Source: Gammaproteobacteria bacterium
Lineage (GTDB): Bacteria > Pseudomonadota > Gammaproteobacteria > JAJFKG01
Length of the DNA: 64,000 nt
NCBI GenBank assembly: GCA_965116795.1
Contig: OZ220716.1
Location: 426,503 to 490,502 of the forward strand
Reading direction: 5' to 3'
In this document: one piece after another, positions 61,487 to 64,000 of the stretch
Layout: each line of letters opens with the position of its first letter
How positions within the stretch are numbered: the stretch's first letter is position 1
Translations under genes and position numbers: made by a program
Notes under the pieces: generated by a model
Told to the model about the DNA's origin: nothing
What the model saw: the letters and a program-made list of their open reading frames with translations, nothing else
Database searches by the model: none

Positions 61487-61956
61487 ATGGCCCAACAACA
61501 TCACTCGCTCAACTGCGCGATATTCATATGCCAACACTAATTGCTTGGTGGCCACTGGCAATCGGTTGGTGGGTGGTCGCTGGTTTAATACTACTAATAC
61601 TAGTCAGTGTTATTTATTATAATTGGCGTCGCCAACAACAAAAACCATTACGTCATGTATTGGCGATGTTAGCCAAATTACAACAGCAACAAACCGAACA
61701 ACCCAATATGAACTGTTTGCCGGCACTATCAACCATCATGCATCGCATTGCATTAGTGCATTTTCCGCGAACTAATGTTACTCATTTACACAATGATGCA
61801 TGGTTACGTTTTTTAGATCACACTGGCCACACTACTGCGTTTACCCAAGGTGCAGGTCAATGTTTAGCAATAGGTCCTTATCAAAAACACGTCGATGTCA
61901 ATTGGCAAGCTGTTTTTGCGTGTGTTACACAATGGGTGAAAACTGTTTATGTTTGA
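61483..61956 (+). CDS. DUF4381 membrane protein
   Basis: LRDIH.P....WWPLA.GWW and W..FLD motifs. Confidence 0.88.
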   Translation: MNGPTTSLAQLRDIHMPTLIAWWPLAIGWWVVAGLILLILVSVIYYNWRRQQQKPLRHVLAMLAKLQQQQTEQPNMNCLPALSTIMHRIALVHFPRTNVTHLHNDAWLRFLDHTGHTTAFTQGAGQCLAIGPYQKHVDVNWQAVFACVTQWVKTVYV

Positions 61957-62968
61957 ATTTGCTACGCCACTGGCTTGGTGTTTATTACCATTACCTATTA
62001 TTATTTGGTTATGTGTACCTGCTGCCCAATTACGTACTGGTAAACCGCTTGTTATTCCGTTTTTTAATCAGATTAAATCACTACCCACATTCACAACAAC
62101 GACTTCATCTACTCTATGGCGATACATTATTGCGTATGCATTATGGAGTTTATTGGTATGTGCCTTGGCAGGCCCACAATGGCTAGGCAAACCGATTACC
62201 ATGACGCAACGTGGCCGTCCCATTTTGCTTGCGATCGATATTTCTGGTTCGATGCAAATTGCTGACATGAAGATAAAGGATCGTCTTTACGATCGATTAA
62301 CCTTAGTGAAAGCCGTTGCAGAACGATTTATCAAACGACGCCAAGGTGATCGCATTGGCTTATTATTATTTGGCAGTCGTGCCTATGTGCAAACACCGTT
62401 AACCTATGACAGACAAACAGTGATCACACAATTGCATGATGCCACAATTGGATTAGCAGGACAGCGTACTGCAATGGGTGATGCCATTGGGTTAGCGATT
62501 AAACGTTTAGATGACGTACCAGAAAATAATCGTGTGTTAGTGTTACTCACCGATGGTGCAACGAATGCTGGAGTTGATCCACTTAAAGCAGCAAGATTAG
62601 CAGCTAAACACCATGTACGTATTTACACGATTGGTTTGGGTGCAGATGAAATCGCAGTGCAAACACCTTTAGATATGCAATATCAGCAACAATCTAGTGA
62701 TTTAGACCCAGAGACGTTAAAGAAAGTAGCTAATATTACTGGTGGATTATTCTTTCGAGCAAACGATGCTGCCGCATTGGTACAAGCTTATCAACAATTA
62801 GATCAATTAGAACCGATTGTTGCCGAAGCAGCAACCTACCGACCGATCACCCCACTGTACCCGTGGCCACTTGGGTTAGCACTGGGATTTAGTTTAGGCT
62901 TGTTAGCAAGACGTATTCACTATTACAAACCATCGCCAATAGAGATGGAACAATCACATGTTAACTAA
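61949..62968 (+). CDS. VWA-domain protein (BatA-like)
   Basis: MIDAS DISGSM, QTPLT.D, TAMGDAIG and LTDG motifs. Confidence 0.9.
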   Translation: MFEFATPLAWCLLPLPIIIWLCVPAAQLRTGKPLVIPFFNQIKSLPTFTTTTSSTLWRYIIAYALWSLLVCALAGPQWLGKPITMTQRGRPILLAIDISGSMQIADMKIKDRLYDRLTLVKAVAERFIKRRQGDRIGLLLFGSRAYVQTPLTYDRQTVITQLHDATIGLAGQRTAMGDAIGLAIKRLDDVPENNRVLVLLTDGATNAGVDPLKAARLAAKHHVRIYTIGLGADEIAVQTPLDMQYQQQSSDLDPETLKKVANITGGLFFRANDAAALVQAYQQLDQLEPIVAEAATYRPITPLYPWPLGLALGFSLGLLARRIHYYKPSPIEMEQSHVN

Positions 62969-63971
62969 CATAACATTAATACAGCTAATGCGACCTTACT
63001 GGTTGCTTGCCTTGATCCCAGCAATATTAATCTGGTTATTAGCAACATACCGTGGCAAATCAACTGATCCATGGCAAACTGTTTGTGATCCAAGACTATT
63101 AGCTGCTTTATATGCACAACAAGCTACAAAACAAGCCATCACGTATCGCTGGCTACCGTGGTTAATCTTAATTGGATTACTATGCATGGTCTTTGCATTA
63201 GCTGGACCAAGCTGGCAACGGGAAACAACCCCACTCTATCAACGTGATCAAGCGCATGTAGTTGTACTGGATCTATCAACAGCTATGTATGCAACTGATC
63301 TAACCCCACAACGCTTAGCACGTGCACGTTATAAAATACTCGATTTGCTCGAGCAATTAACCGATGGTGAAACGGGTATGGTTGCATTTGCACAAGAAGC
63401 CTATGTTGTATCACCACTAACGCGTGATACGCACACTATTAGTGCAATGATATCTGATTTATCTCCTGAGATTATGCCAGTACAAGGTCAATCGATTCGT
63501 GCCGGTTTAATCAAAGCACAACAATTATTAACAACAACTCAACACGCCCATATTATTTTATTCACTGCCACCAATCCTACTGATGATGATTTAGCCGTAG
63601 CTAAACAGTTACATCAGCGTGGGATCACATTATCAGTCATTGGCATTGGTACTGAACACAATGCACCGATGCGCACTGATACTGGACAATTGATTAAAGA
63701 TCGCGATGGCAATATTCAAATGAGCCGTTTAGATAAACAACGGCTAATGCAATTGGCCGACCAAGGTGGCGGGATTTTTAAGTTATTTCGTGGAGATGAT
63801 CAAGATATACAGCAACTTATTCAACAAATTAACATGACCCAAGTAAACAAAAAGCAAACTGAACATACGATACAACGTTGGCACGATCAAGGTCGTTGGT
63901 TTATATTGCTAGTATTATTATTAATGTTATGTGGTTTTCGTCGTGGCTGGTTAACAGAGATAATACACTAA
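62958..63971 (+). CDS. VWA-domain protein (BatB-like)
   Basis: ALAGPSW, DLS..M...D..P.RL.RAR.K and SPLT.D motifs; degenerate MIDAS. Confidence 0.85.
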   Translation: MLTNITLIQLMRPYWLLALIPAILIWLLATYRGKSTDPWQTVCDPRLLAALYAQQATKQAITYRWLPWLILIGLLCMVFALAGPSWQRETTPLYQRDQAHVVVLDLSTAMYATDLTPQRLARARYKILDLLEQLTDGETGMVAFAQEAYVVSPLTRDTHTISAMISDLSPEIMPVQGQSIRAGLIKAQQLLTTTQHAHIILFTATNPTDDDLAVAKQLHQRGITLSVIGIGTEHNAPMRTDTGQLIKDRDGNIQMSRLDKQRLMQLADQGGGIFKLFRGDDQDIQQLIQQINMTQVNKKQTEHTIQRWHDQGRWFILLVLLLMLCGFRRGWLTEIIH

Positions 63972-64000
63972 TGAAAAACCGTTATTTAATTGGAATAAGC
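63971..64000 (+). CDS. Start of next bat-operon gene (truncated by window edge)
   Basis: ATG overlaps the preceding TAA; reads MKNRYLIGIS to the window end. Confidence 0.5.
   Translation, partial: MKNRYLIGIS

Noticed and set aside
59531-64000. moxR-DUF58-DUF4381-VWA-VWA operon as a novel system
   Set aside because: Standard, widespread MoxR/Bat operon arrangement

Overview
AT-rich chromosomal window from a gammaproteobacterium, probably Legionellales/Coxiellales-like. This is inferred from an LqsR-like regulator, a dotU-icmF pair and an IcmN/DotK-like lipoprotein. Most genes are housekeeping: mrdA-rodA-mltB, trmB, asmA-mutY-yggX, leuS-lptE-holA, yicC-gmk-rpoZ-spoT, pcnB-folK, ppk1, hemB, trxA-rho, pgi, pckA, nucleoside salvage, speE, rml genes, lpxL and a moxR-bat operon. 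There are two tRNAs (Gly-CCC, Phe-GAA). Accessory traits are a tRNA-Phe-linked ArnT/GtrB/GtrA/ChbG surface-modification operon and a yhhQ plus GGSLG-type tgt salvage pair. Several families of miniature inverted-repeat elements (ERIC-like, RPE-like, REP-like) are scattered between genes, and some supply gene 3' ends. The most striking unexplained feature lies at 26.5-27.0 kb. Two near-identical 95-bp cassettes (TATAAT, anti-Shine-Dalgarno hairpin loops, intrinsic terminator) sit divergent from an orphan LqsR-like regulator. That regulator's leader carries a perfect 12-nt complement to the predicted sRNA seed, over a uORF overlapping its start codon. An RRM RNA-binding protein gene is next door. 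Together these suggest an undescribed twin-sRNA (Qrr/PrrF-like) regulatory circuit. No CRISPR array, integrase or transposase was seen. All family assignments come from motif recognition, not database searches.
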